DNA of 48,469 nt from a virus. Location of the stretch: positions 1 to 48,469 of IMG/VR virus record IMGVR_UViG_3300021400_000123; one strand, written 5' to 3'. Every line of letters starts with the position of its first letter. Positions within the stretch are counted from its first letter, which is position 1. The notes beneath the pieces are model-generated. The model was not told the DNA's origin. It made no database searches and was given only the letters and a program-made list of their open reading frames with translations. This document shows, piece after piece, positions 34,229 through 44,055 of the stretch. The position numbers were made by a program, and so were the translations under genes.

Positions 34229-34313
34229 AAGAACAAGCATAGGTGCCAAGCGGTAAAACCGCATGACATATAGAAACTACAAATCACAACCCTAAAACGA
34301 AAGGAGAGACGGA

Positions 34314-35030
34314 ATGTTTGAAAAACTGTTTCAAAAGTATGACCGCTTACTCTTCTTCGACACGGAGACAACAGGCTTCGAGCCGGAGAAGGTAGACCAG
34401 ATCATCGAACTGGCAGCGGTAACAATCGACAAGGACGGTACCACGCAGGAGATGGACGAATTCATTCATCTGTTCAGGATGCCGGAGCTGCCACCGAAGA
34501 TCATCGAGCTGACTGGGATCCTCGATCTGACACTGGCAACCGAAGGGATAGATGAATACGATGCTCTGGCGAAGTTCCTGGAACTTATGCAGTGCAAAGG
34601 AGATACGCTTCTGATTGCGCACAATGCCCAGTTTGACCTTCAGTTCCTGGCTTATTCCATCTATCGGAACAGAGAAAAGGGCAAAGGATGGATGATGGTC
34701 TTCAATGACTGCGACTACCTCGACACCTTAACGGTCTACAAAGACCGCAGGAGCTATCCACACAAACTGGAATCAGCGATAGTCGAGTACCATCTGTCCG
34801 GGAAAGTGCAAAACAGCCACAGGGCGATAGATGACTGCAAGGCACTGATGGAAGTAGCCAAAGCGATGGATGAGGAGAAGCCGGATCTCGACAGATATGT
34901 GAACCTCTTCGGTTTCAATCCGAAATACGGACCCGAAAAGAATCAGCTGAAGAAGGTCACATATGTACCGCAGGATTTGTGGAAATGCCCTCCGGCAATA
35001 CCCACATACGAAACGATAGGGAGGAGATGA
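34314..35030 (+). CDS. DnaQ-like 3'-5' exonuclease (DEDDh).
   Basis: ExoI LFFDTETTG, ExoII IAHNAQFDLQFL and ExoIII HRAIDDCKAL motifs. Confidence 0.85.
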   Translation: MFEKLFQKYDRLLFFDTETTGFEPEKVDQIIELAAVTIDKDGTTQEMDEFIHLFRMPELPPKIIELTGILDLTLATEGIDEYDALAKFLELMQCKGDTLLIAHNAQFDLQFLAYSIYRNREKGKGWMMVFNDCDYLDTLTVYKDRRSYPHKLESAIVEYHLSGKVQNSHRAIDDCKALMEVAKAMDEEKPDLDRYVNLFGFNPKYGPEKNQLKKVTYVPQDLWKCPPAIPTYETIGRR

Positions 35031-35034
35031 GGAT

Positions 35035-36393
35035 ATGCAAGCCAAGAATAAAGGCTTCGGTCTTCTCTTCGAAATGGGATGCGGTAAAACGCTGACAGCC
35101 ATCGCCATCATGGGAGCATTGTACCAGGAGAAAAAGATAGACAGAGTCCTCATCGTAGCACCGACATCGGTGGTGGCGGTATGGCCGCACGAACTGGCAG
35201 ACTTCGCAGATTATCCGTTCACAGTGGAGACCCTTCTGGGAGATAAGAGGAAGAGGCTGCGGAGCATCAACGACCTGACGAAATATCCGTACCCGAAGCT
35301 GAAGGTGGCGGTAATCAACTACGAAAGCGTATGGAGAGACGATATCAAGGACGCAATCGAGACCTTCGATCCAGACCTGATCATCTGCGATGAGAGCCAG
35401 AGGATCAAGACTCACGACTCAAAGCAGAGCAAAGCGATGCACGAACTGGGAGACAGGGCAAGGTACAAGCTGATCCTTTCGGGAACCCCGGTGCAGAACA
35501 ATGTGACAGACATATGGAGTCAGTACCGCTTTCTGGACAAGACGGTCTTCGGAGAACTCTACTACGCATTCCAGAATCACTTCTGCGTGATGCACTCAGT
35601 ATTCAAGAGCAAGGTGCTGCGCACCATCAACGAAGAGGAACTGGTAACCAAGGAACACTCGATAGCATTCAGGGTGACCAAGGAAGAAGCACTCGACCTG
35701 CCGGAGCAGACATTCGAGACAAGATACATCGAGATGACTCCGAAGGAGCGAAAGACCTACGACTCCCTGAAAAGGGAATCGGTGGCAGACATCGAAGGCG
35801 GCGGAACGATAACAGCGACCACGGTACTGACGAAGCTGCTCCGCCTGCAGCAATTCACCGGGGGATTTCTGGTGGAGGACGGCGCAACAGAGCCGAAGCA
35901 GGTATCCACAGCTAAACTGGACGCACTGAAGGACATCATCGAGGACTATGTGATAGACGGAGGAAAGAAACTGGTGGTCTTCGCAAGGTTCATCCCGGAA
36001 GTGAACGCAATCATCGAGATGGCGGAGAAGACCCTGAAGGATAAGAAGGTGGTCAGCATTCAAGGCTCGGTACCAAAGGAACAGAGGGGAGACATAGTCG
36101 ATCAGTTCCAGAAGGACCCGGACACGGTGCTCTTCATCGGGCAGATCGACACGGCAGGAGTGGGAATCACACTAACGGCGGCAGACACCTGCGTCTACTA
36201 CTCGAAGACCTACAACTACGCTACATACGAGCAGAGCCTCTCCAGAATTCACAGAATCGGACAGAGAAATGTCTGCACCTACATCGACCTGGTATGCGCT
36301 GACAGCGTGGATGAGAAGATCACAAGAGCACTCCGAAAGAAGGAAGACCTCGCAACCAAGATAGTGGATAACTGGAAGGAGATATTCAAGTGA
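35035..36393 (+). CDS. SNF2-family helicase core; it begins just before Walker A and lacks the upstream Q-motif segment.
   Basis: Motif I LLFEMGCGKT within the first 20 aa, motif II LIICDESQRIK, later motifs LILSGTPVQN and ...GVGITLTAADTCVYY...QSLSRIHRIGQ. GGGAGGAG RBS. Confidence 0.88.
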   Translation: MQAKNKGFGLLFEMGCGKTLTAIAIMGALYQEKKIDRVLIVAPTSVVAVWPHELADFADYPFTVETLLGDKRKRLRSINDLTKYPYPKLKVAVINYESVWRDDIKDAIETFDPDLIICDESQRIKTHDSKQSKAMHELGDRARYKLILSGTPVQNNVTDIWSQYRFLDKTVFGELYYAFQNHFCVMHSVFKSKVLRTINEEELVTKEHSIAFRVTKEEALDLPEQTFETRYIEMTPKERKTYDSLKRESVADIEGGGTITATTVLTKLLRLQQFTGGFLVEDGATEPKQVSTAKLDALKDIIEDYVIDGGKKLVVFARFIPEVNAIIEMAEKTLKDKKVVSIQGSVPKEQRGDIVDQFQKDPDTVLFIGQIDTAGVGITLTAADTCVYYSKTYNYATYEQSLSRIHRIGQRNVCTYIDLVCADSVDEKITRALRKKEDLATKIVDNWKEIFK

Positions 36394-36605
36394 TGGATGA
36401 GATGAAGAAAATCGTGATCTGCAAGCACTGCGGCAAGCCTGAATACTTCGGAGAGATGCGATGGCTTTCAGGAAGATGCTCCTGCCGGAGCTGCTACAAA
36501 GCGCAATGGCAGGACGAAGAGAAGGAACTGTACAGATGGAAAGACCTCGATGGAAGAAGACCGACCATGGAGGAATACAAGAAGCAGGAGGGTATCAATG
36601 AATAA
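36390..36605 (+). CDS. Cys-rich small protein.
   Basis: CKHCGK...CSCRSC motif. Start coupled to the helicase stop. Confidence 0.55.
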   Translation: MMDEMKKIVICKHCGKPEYFGEMRWLSGRCSCRSCYKAQWQDEEKELYRWKDLDGRRPTMEEYKKQEGINE

Positions 36606-36774
36606 AACTTGTAAAGGCTGCTATGCGGCAGACACAGGCGGTCATCCGATGAGCGGAGAGGCTCACGGATGCACACTCGGATACAAGACGGACGGCAACG
36701 GACATCCGGCAGAAGAATGTACGAAACCGAAATCATGGAAACAGCTGAATCAAAGCAAAAAGAAGGGAGAATGA
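36598..36774 (+). CDS. Cys-rich small protein (58 aa).
   Basis: The ATG at 36598 overlaps the upstream 3' end. CKGC motif. Confidence 0.45.
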   Translation: MNKTCKGCYAADTGGHPMSGEAHGCTLGYKTDGNGHPAEECTKPKSWKQLNQSKKKGE

Positions 36775-37256
36775 AAATGGCAGACGGAAGAATCAAAGAA
36801 CTGATCGATGAGTACGAAAGACTCCGCACGGAGAAGGACGAACTGGCAGAGAAGACAAAGGCAAACAATGAGGCATACAAGCAGATCCAGATTGATCTCG
36901 CAGAAGCAATCAGCGATGCGGACATGGCGGATGCCCAGGACGGAGACTATGTCTACACACCGGGAGTGACCACGAAGTACAGCTTCAAGAGTCAGGGAGA
37001 CCTCGAAGAGGAAGGACTGGATAAGTTCGAACCATTCGAAAAGGATCCTGCACTCTGCGGACTGGTCAAGAAGGATATCAACTGGAGAAGCCTCAACTCG
37101 GCTCTTTCAGAACTCGCAGACACTGAAGAAGGAGTGCCGGAGGAAGTCATGGCGGTACTGAACACCTACGATGAGATCGGTATCACCAGAAGAAAAAAGG
37201 ATACAAAGTCAAAGTCCAAAGTTAAGGACGCAATCAAAGCAAGGAGGGAAAGCTGA
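36771..37256 (+). CDS. Coiled-coil protein of the recombination module.
   Basis: ATGA coupling. 161 aa. It lies upstream of the Sak4-like ATPase. Confidence 0.55.
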   Translation: MKMADGRIKELIDEYERLRTEKDELAEKTKANNEAYKQIQIDLAEAISDADMADAQDGDYVYTPGVTTKYSFKSQGDLEEEGLDKFEPFEKDPALCGLVKKDINWRSLNSALSELADTEEGVPEEVMAVLNTYDEIGITRRKKDTKSKSKVKDAIKARRES

Positions 37257-37711
37257 TGTACAAAGAGACAGACGAATACGGACAGTTCAATCTCGACTGC
37301 CGCCTCACTTCGGAGCGAACCATCGAGGAGAATGTGAATGTCATGATCGAGTTCGCAACGCAGCTGCGCAAGGAGCAGACCGGGGAGAGACAGGTCAGGA
37401 ACCGACACGAGGGGTACGGACTCCTCGCAGACGCTCACCAGAATGTGATCAAGGCGATGAAGAGCCTGAAGGACGGAATGGGAGACCTTCTGGACAGCCT
37501 CGCACAGAATGACAGCGTAGCGGTAGACAAGACGGAATCCGTAGCCAATGCACTGGCGGATGTGATCCACACGGCCACCATCATGGCGGCAGAAGCAAAG
37601 AGGGTATCCAATGACCTCTACAAGGAAAACTGGAACCCGACACCAATCGAACAGGCACTCGCTGACAGTGACGGCTTCGAAGAGCCAGACGAAGACAGCA
37701 CCGAGGAATAA
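37256..37711 (+). CDS. Hypothetical protein.
   Basis: AGGAGGG RBS and TGATG coupling. 151 aa. Confidence 0.55.
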   Translation: MYKETDEYGQFNLDCRLTSERTIEENVNVMIEFATQLRKEQTGERQVRNRHEGYGLLADAHQNVIKAMKSLKDGMGDLLDSLAQNDSVAVDKTESVANALADVIHTATIMAAEAKRVSNDLYKENWNPTPIEQALADSDGFEEPDEDSTEE

Positions 37712-37730
37712 GAGAAGGGAGAAGAATGCC

Positions 37731-38675
37731 ATGGCAAAGATCAACTTAACCATTCAACACGCAAAGAGGGAGCAGATCTATGTGAAGGCTCTCATCGGTG
37801 GACCCTCCGGGAGTGGAAAATCATACTCCGCTCTTCGGATGGCAACAGGAATCGCAGGCAGAGAGGGAGAGGGAACGAAGATCGGATACATCGGTACCGA
37901 AGGCATGAGAGATAAGCTCTACGCTAACGAGTTCGACTACGACCTCATCAGCCTGGAGGAATACAGTCCCGAATACTACGAGGCGGCAATCGATGCCTTC
38001 CTCGAAGCAGGATACAAGGTGATCATCATCGACTCCATGACGCATCTCTGGAACTGGGTGCAGGATCAGGTGCAGGCGATCACGGCAACGGCAAAGAGTG
38101 ACAACAGTTTTCAGGCATGGGGCAAGTTCAAGAAGTCGAACAAGAAGATTATCGAGAAGATACTTCTCGCTCCTGCTCACATCATCGTCACAGGCAGAGG
38201 CAAGGACGAATATGTGATGGAGACCAACAGCAAAGGAAAACTCGCTCCGAAGAAGGTCGGTGTCGGCGTGCAGCAGGACAAGGACATCGAGTATGAGTAC
38301 ATGGTGACCTGGATGATTGATCAGGAGACGCATCTGGCAGAGGCGGCAAAGGATAACACCCACATCTTCGAGGGCAAGATGAAGGTTCTCGATGAGAAGG
38401 ATGGCGAAGCTCTCTATGACTGGGCGAACGATGGAGACCCGGTCAAGTCTCCTGCAGAGAGAGCGGAAGAGATCAAGAAGGTTCAGGATCAGATCACAGC
38501 CAAGGCGAACGAACTCGGCGGATCCAAGAACAAGGAAATGATGGAGTGGTACAAGAAGACATTCAGGGGCAATCATACGAACCTGAAGGATCTCGACAAG
38601 CTGACTCAGGCACTCGCAGAGATGGCGCAGTTTTCACCAGTAGAAGAGGCGAAGGAGGGCAAGAAGGATGAATAA
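37731..38675 (+). CDS. Sak4-like RecA-fold ATPase (AAA_24 type), a candidate single-strand annealing/recombination protein.
   Basis: Walker A LIGGPSGSGKS near the N terminus and Walker B VIIIDSMTHLW. It is adjacent to SSB. Confidence 0.78.
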   Translation: MAKINLTIQHAKREQIYVKALIGGPSGSGKSYSALRMATGIAGREGEGTKIGYIGTEGMRDKLYANEFDYDLISLEEYSPEYYEAAIDAFLEAGYKVIIIDSMTHLWNWVQDQVQAITATAKSDNSFQAWGKFKKSNKKIIEKILLAPAHIIVTGRGKDEYVMETNSKGKLAPKKVGVGVQQDKDIEYEYMVTWMIDQETHLAEAAKDNTHIFEGKMKVLDEKDGEALYDWANDGDPVKSPAERAEEIKKVQDQITAKANELGGSKNKEMMEWYKKTFRGNHTNLKDLDKLTQALAEMAQFSPVEEAKEGKKDE

Positions 38676-39102
38676 GGTCATCATCGTAGGGAGACTCACA
38701 AGAGACCCCGACATCAGGACTACTGCAAACAGCACTATGGCATCGTTCAGCGTGGCAGTAGACAGAAGATATAAGCAGGAAGGACAGCCGGATGCAGACT
38801 TCCCCAGAGTAATCGCCTGGGGAAAGACGGCGGAGTTCATCGAGAAATACTTCCATAAGGGAATGAAGATCGCAATCGAGGGTCGCATCCAGACAGGATC
38901 CTACCAGAACCAGAACGGACAGACCATCTACACCACGGATGTGATCGCAGAGGCGGTGGAATTCGTGGAGAGCAAGGCGGCATCGCAGAGTAGCGGCGGC
39001 AGTGGTAACACCTCACAGCCTGCCCAGAATGCTCCGCAGACCACGGACGATGGATGGATGAACATCCCCGAAGGAGTAGACGAAGAACTGCCCTTCAATT
39101 AA
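38668..39102 (+). CDS. ssb: Single-stranded DNA-binding protein.
   Basis: OB-fold N terminus MNKVIIVGRLTRDPDIRTT..., a Gly/Ser/Gln-rich linker and an acidic tip DEELPFN. Confidence 0.9.
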   Translation: MNKVIIVGRLTRDPDIRTTANSTMASFSVAVDRRYKQEGQPDADFPRVIAWGKTAEFIEKYFHKGMKIAIEGRIQTGSYQNQNGQTIYTTDVIAEAVEFVESKAASQSSGGSGNTSQPAQNAPQTTDDGWMNIPEGVDEELPFN

Positions 39103-39161
39103 CAATAACGCTCCCGGAGTCTCGGCTCTGGGAGCAATACCAAAAAGGAGGCGCAACCTGA

Positions 39162-39848
39162 ATGGATAGAAGACTGACAAGAGATATGTTCCCCGGCGGA
39201 ACGGATGAGAGGGTGCTGATGCGAGGAGACTACTGCGATCAGAACATCATCCAGGACATACTGGGAACTTTTGAAGATATAGACGAGGCGGAGAACATCC
39301 TGCAGAACAAAAATGCATACTCGGCATTTTACATCGGAGCGGCAAGATTATATCACACATTCACGAGGAAGGAAGAAACGGACGCATACCAATACGCAGG
39401 ACTCTGCGAGTACCGGGATGACAAGAACTTGCACCCTCAGGCAGGAAGAAAAGTATTCATCATCAGCCAGTACCACAGCGAAGAGCCTGCAAGGGTAGAG
39501 TTCAACCGCAGATTTGCATCAGCGATGGCATACAACCTCGTGACGGAATACGGAGATGTACCGATAGTGCCGCACCTATACTTCACGCAGTTCATGAACG
39601 ATGAAGGGTGGGAGCGTGACTTCGGGATCGAAGCCGGACACCTGATGATGCGGATGTGCGACTCGGCGATGCTTGCCACGATAGACGGCAGGATATCAGA
39701 AGGAATGAAAGCAGATCTGGAATACTTGACGGTTCAGCTTGGGATCCAACCCGAAAAGGTGAACCTTACAGAGGCACAAGCCTCACGATACATCGAAGAA
39801 ACGGAGAAGAGAAGATATGAGGAATGGAACAGAGCCAAACATAGATGA
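39162..39848 (+). CDS. Hypothetical protein with a C-terminal nucleoside-2-deoxyribosyltransferase-like (DUF4406-like) region.
   Basis: KVFIISQY...VPIVPHLYF...MRMCDSAMLATIDGRISEGMKADL pattern. AAAGGAGG RBS. Confidence 0.55.
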   Translation: MDRRLTRDMFPGGTDERVLMRGDYCDQNIIQDILGTFEDIDEAENILQNKNAYSAFYIGAARLYHTFTRKEETDAYQYAGLCEYRDDKNLHPQAGRKVFIISQYHSEEPARVEFNRRFASAMAYNLVTEYGDVPIVPHLYFTQFMNDEGWERDFGIEAGHLMMRMCDSAMLATIDGRISEGMKADLEYLTVQLGIQPEKVNLTEAQASRYIEETEKRRYEEWNRAKHR

Positions 39849-42519
39849 CTTCGTAAACTACGAAGCAGAATACCGTCCTCACATCAAAAAAGCGGTGGTA
39901 GCAGGCGGACATATGACTGGCCTCTGTCCTTTTCACAGCGACAGGAACAACAGCTTCTCGGTAGACTTAAAAACTGGAAAATGGCACTGTTTCACGGAGG
40001 AGATCGGCGGAAACTTCCTCGACTTCTATGCGAAGATGCACGGAACGGACACCACCGAAGCGTACAAGGAGATCCTCCACCAGTACGGAAAAGACGAACC
40101 CGAAACACCAGAGAGCAGGAGCTACAGCCTGGAGCAGTATGCAAAGGATAAGCATCTGCCGGAAAAATGGCTGACAGAGTTCTGCTCACTTTCCACGGAG
40201 ACCGACAGAAAAGCCGGGGTCACATACATGAAGATCCCATACTTCGGAGAGGATGGCAAAGTCCAGACATTCCGAAAGAGATACGCACATAAGGACTTCA
40301 GGTGGAAGTACGGCAGCAGGGGCAAGATCGGACTGTACGGAGAGTGGAGGATGCCGATCATCCGAAGCGGAGACAGTGTGATCCTCTGCGAAGGGGAATC
40401 CGATACCCAGAGCCTATGGTACATGGGACTGGCGGCTCTGGGAGTACCGGGAGCGTCAATGTTCAAAGCGGAACACGCTCCAATGCTTCAGGGCATGAAG
40501 ATATACCTTCACAAAGAGAAGGACTCAGGCGGCGATACCTTCATCAGGAAGACGCTCGATGGACTGCGAAGGGGAGGCTTTGAAGGCGAGGTCTACACAT
40601 TCTCCTGCGGAGACAGGGAAGGATGCAAGGATCCGTCCGACTTCCTGATCAAGTTGGGGAAGGACGATGCCAGAGAGGAAATCCTGAAACTCTTAAAAGG
40701 AGCAAAGGAGATAGACCTCGAAGAGCCTGAGGAGATACCCGAAGCGATAAAGGGCGCACCTGTCAACCTTCGGACACCTGCATGGTACAAATACGATGAG
40801 ACCGGGATCTACAAGGTGGACTCAAAGACATATGAGGAGACGATCATCTGCGGAACACCGATCCTGCTCACCAGAAGGATAAAGAGCCTCGACACGGACG
40901 AAGAGAAGATGGAGATAGCCTTCATGCGGACGGAGCGAAAAGGCAAGGTGTGGAGAACGGCGATACTTCCAAGGTCAACGATATTCACAACCAAGGGCAC
41001 AAGCGTCCTGTCAGACCTCGGATGCATGGTCACATCAGAGAACGCAAAAGCGGTGATCCGCTTCTTATCGGCTCTGGAAGTCGCAAACGATGACATCATC
41101 GACTGGGCGGAGAGCACATCCACATTCGGATGGCAGCCGGGAAAGAGATTTATACCGGGAGTAGGAGAAGATATCGTCCTCGACATCGACTCCACCCAGG
41201 CAAGCGTAGCAGCTGCATATCATACGAACGGCACCTTCGAAGGATGGAAAGCCACGATGCAGGCTCACAGGAACAAGAACAAGTTCAGGTTCATACTTGC
41301 GGCGGCATTCGCAGCACCGATGCTGAAGATACTGCATCAGAGAACCTTCTTCGTGTACAACTGGGGCGATGCCAGAGGCGGAAAGACTGCGGCACTCAAA
41401 GCAGCACTCTCTGTATGGGGAGAGCCAGACGGACTCATGATGAACTTCAACACCACGCAGGTCGGACTCGAAAGAACGGCGGCATTCTTCTCAGATCTGC
41501 CACTCGGTATCGATGAGAGACAGGCAGCAGGATCCGGGCAGTATGCCCAGAGCAAACTGGAAAGCCTCGTGTACATGATCGGTGAAGGAAAAGGAAAGAC
41601 CAGAGGAGCAAAGGACGGAGGAGTCCAGAGAGTAAACAGATGGCGAACCATCGCACTGGCCACAGGCGAAGAGCCAATCACAACAGGATCATCCCAGACT
41701 GGTGTCGGAACCCGTGTGCTTGAAATCTACAGAGGACCCTTTGAGACAGAGGCAGAAGCCGGACAGATGCACCAGGACTCCGCAGCGAACTGCGGATGGG
41801 CAGGACCCGAATTCATAAAGCGTCTGGCAGAGATCCCGGAGGCTGATATTCAGGAACAGTACAAGCGGATGGCGGACTATGTGAAGAGCATCGGCAAAGG
41901 AAAAGCAGGCAGCCATGTGGCAAGCGTGGCGGTCATAGCACTGGCAGACGCACTGGCAAATGACTGGATTTTTGAACAGAAAACCTCGATTTTTGACAAA
42001 AATCCGCAAAAAACGGAACAAATGACGCTGAATACTTCCGCTTTTACCATTTCACCCGGTTCATGGGTGAAGGCGCAGGAGATGGCGGCGGAGATTATGA
42101 AGGAGCAGATGAGCGCAGCTTCAGGAGATGTCAACCAGAACGCAACCGACTACCTTGTGGACTGGGTCAACTCGAATCAGCAATACTTCGGAGAAGAAGC
42201 CATCGGAGCCTGCCTCGGAATGATGAGCGAAGACGGAAAGGTGGCATACATCTACGCATCGGCTCTGAACAATGCACTGAAGAGGGAAGGTTTCAACGAG
42301 AGGAAGACGAAGAAGTATCTGGCAGAAAAAGGACTGATCACAGCCATACCAAGGAAAGACAACAGCGGAGAGACCTACTCAGTAGTGAAATTCTTCAACG
42401 GAAAGCATCAGCGATTTGTTGAATTTTTCCTCGACAAGGCAAGCGATATGGATGAGGAAGATGATGGAGGCTTTATGCCACTGCCTGCAGGAGCGGAGGA
42501 TGAGCTGCCATTCAAGTAA
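39817..42519 (+). CDS. Bifunctional primase-helicase: CHC2 zinc finger, TOPRIM and a DUF927-like P-loop domain.
   Basis: CPFHSDRNNSFSV...GKWHCF (CHC2), ILCEGESDTQSL (TOPRIM), WGDARGGKTAA (Walker A) and LPLGIDERQ (Walker B-like). The C terminus is EDELPFK. Confidence 0.85.
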   Translation: MRNGTEPNIDDFVNYEAEYRPHIKKAVVAGGHMTGLCPFHSDRNNSFSVDLKTGKWHCFTEEIGGNFLDFYAKMHGTDTTEAYKEILHQYGKDEPETPESRSYSLEQYAKDKHLPEKWLTEFCSLSTETDRKAGVTYMKIPYFGEDGKVQTFRKRYAHKDFRWKYGSRGKIGLYGEWRMPIIRSGDSVILCEGESDTQSLWYMGLAALGVPGASMFKAEHAPMLQGMKIYLHKEKDSGGDTFIRKTLDGLRRGGFEGEVYTFSCGDREGCKDPSDFLIKLGKDDAREEILKLLKGAKEIDLEEPEEIPEAIKGAPVNLRTPAWYKYDETGIYKVDSKTYEETIICGTPILLTRRIKSLDTDEEKMEIAFMRTERKGKVWRTAILPRSTIFTTKGTSVLSDLGCMVTSENAKAVIRFLSALEVANDDIIDWAESTSTFGWQPGKRFIPGVGEDIVLDIDSTQASVAAAYHTNGTFEGWKATMQAHRNKNKFRFILAAAFAAPMLKILHQRTFFVYNWGDARGGKTAALKAALSVWGEPDGLMMNFNTTQVGLERTAAFFSDLPLGIDERQAAGSGQYAQSKLESLVYMIGEGKGKTRGAKDGGVQRVNRWRTIALATGEEPITTGSSQTGVGTRVLEIYRGPFETEAEAGQMHQDSAANCGWAGPEFIKRLAEIPEADIQEQYKRMADYVKSIGKGKAGSHVASVAVIALADALANDWIFEQKTSIFDKNPQKTEQMTLNTSAFTISPGSWVKAQEMAAEIMKEQMSAASGDVNQNATDYLVDWVNSNQQYFGEEAIGACLGMMSEDGKVAYIYASALNNALKREGFNERKTKKYLAEKGLITAIPRKDNSGETYSVVKFFNGKHQRFVEFFLDKASDMDEEDDGGFMPLPAGAEDELPFK

Positions 42520-42539
42520 AGGAAGGAGGATCACAACCC

Positions 42540-43250
42540 GTGAAAAAACCAAAACTGATACATTGCTCCTTCGATGAGGTCTACGACTTTGAACCAAGGG
42601 TACCAAAGAGCAGGAGCAGCTACGAGGATGATCAGATCAAGAGAATCTGCGTAGCACCAACCATCAGGCAGTGCATAGACGCAATGCCAAGAGCCGGAAA
42701 CATTATGCGGTTCATGAGGGAAGTCGGGATGCCAGTCGTGATCCACGCATACTACCTCGAAGCGGACCGGGTAGAGTACGACACCAGAGAGTATGTCCCG
42801 GACGCAGACGCAACCGGGGAGATGTGGATACTGGAGAAACCGACAGACTGGAAAAGGATAGACTACGAACTGACCTGCTTCTCACTGAAGGATGGCAAAG
42901 ACAGGAACGGAGCAGACATCACATGGGTGTACGGAGTGTGGCCGGTACGGCACAAGTATACAGACAACCTCCGGGAATTGATAGAAGGGATGGGCGAGGA
43001 TTATGACAAATTCAGGAGGCAATGCCCAGATATCACATTCAGACTTCTGGCAGGGAACTCAACTGAGAAGATGACCGCAGACTTCAAGCGAAAAAGAGAA
43101 GAATACCAGGCGAAAGAGCCGCTGATCAAAGGAAAATACCTCGACAATATGGCGAAACTCTACGGCATAAAGCGAGACAAGGGGATGAGCGACAGAGCAC
43201 TCGCAAGAAAGATAACAAGGCGGATTGAGGTGGGAGGCGGAAAAAGATGA
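42540..43250 (+). CDS. Hypothetical protein.
   Basis: GTG start 9 nt after GGAGGA. 236 aa. Confidence 0.55.
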   Translation: MKKPKLIHCSFDEVYDFEPRVPKSRSSYEDDQIKRICVAPTIRQCIDAMPRAGNIMRFMREVGMPVVIHAYYLEADRVEYDTREYVPDADATGEMWILEKPTDWKRIDYELTCFSLKDGKDRNGADITWVYGVWPVRHKYTDNLRELIEGMGEDYDKFRRQCPDITFRLLAGNSTEKMTADFKRKREEYQAKEPLIKGKYLDNMAKLYGIKRDKGMSDRALARKITRRIEVGGGKR

Positions 43251-43636
43251 AGGTGGTTCACATTTCAGAAGACCAGAGAAGGATCCTACTGGAGACAGGA
43301 TGCCTGCTCATATCAGGAAATGAGCCGTTTGACATAGGAAAGCTGAACATAGAGAGGGAAAAGAAGATGACTCATAACATCAAAATCAAGAAGACTTTCG
43401 TGGAGCCGATCCTGAAGGGAGAGAAGACCTTCGAGATCAGGAAGAATGACAGAGGCTACCAGAAGGGAGACCGTATCCGCTTCACAGTGGTGGACGCTTC
43501 ACTATTTGAGAGCCAGAAGGAGCAGGCCTATAGGCAGGCGATAGAGCAGAGGGTCTACGAGATAACCTATGTCCTCAATGGGTGGGGATTAGAGCCGGAC
43601 TTCGTAGCCTTCGGAATCAGGGAGGTGGGATATTGA
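43247..43636 (+). CDS. ASCH/DUF3850-like (PUA-fold) protein.
   Basis: HNIKIKKTFVEPILKGEKTFEIRKNDRGYQKGDRIRF matches the DUF3850 pattern. Confidence 0.68.
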   Translation: MKVVHISEDQRRILLETGCLLISGNEPFDIGKLNIEREKKMTHNIKIKKTFVEPILKGEKTFEIRKNDRGYQKGDRIRFTVVDASLFESQKEQAYRQAIEQRVYEITYVLNGWGLEPDFVAFGIREVGY

Positions 43637-43650
43637 AATACCCTGAATCA

Positions 43651-44055
43651 ATGTACATCGGCAGCGGCATCTTCGGGGATGACATGGACACCAACATGGA
43701 GCATCACCACGAGAAGGTGGTCAAGGTCAGGAAGAGCCACACCTGCGCCTACTGCCAGAAGGAGATCCCGAAGGGAGAATATGCCGTAAATGAGTCGGCG
43801 GTCTTTCCATACGAGGGAGGATGGAAGTCCTGCTACATCTGTGAAGACTGCATCAACAAATGGCTCGAAGAAACCATAGCAAAACTGGATGAATGTCCGT
43901 TCTGCGGAGGAGAAGCAACAATTCAGGACAACGGCCTCGGATTTCCTCACTGGGTCTACTGCACAAAGTGTGGAGCGAGGATCCACGGAGGACTGAAGGA
44001 CTCTGAAGAAGCAAGCGTGATGGCTTCGATAGAAGCCTGGAACAGGAGGATATGA
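43651..44055 (+). CDS. Cys-rich protein with a C-terminal Lar-like (restriction alleviation) zinc-ribbon module.
   Basis: CPFCGGEATIQ...VYCTKCGARI...EASVMASIEAWNRR matches the Lar-family pattern. The start is ambiguous (TTG 43633 or ATG 43651). Confidence 0.65.
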   Translation: MYIGSGIFGDDMDTNMEHHHEKVVKVRKSHTCAYCQKEIPKGEYAVNESAVFPYEGGWKSCYICEDCINKWLEETIAKLDECPFCGGEATIQDNGLGFPHWVYCTKCGARIHGGLKDSEEASVMASIEAWNRRI

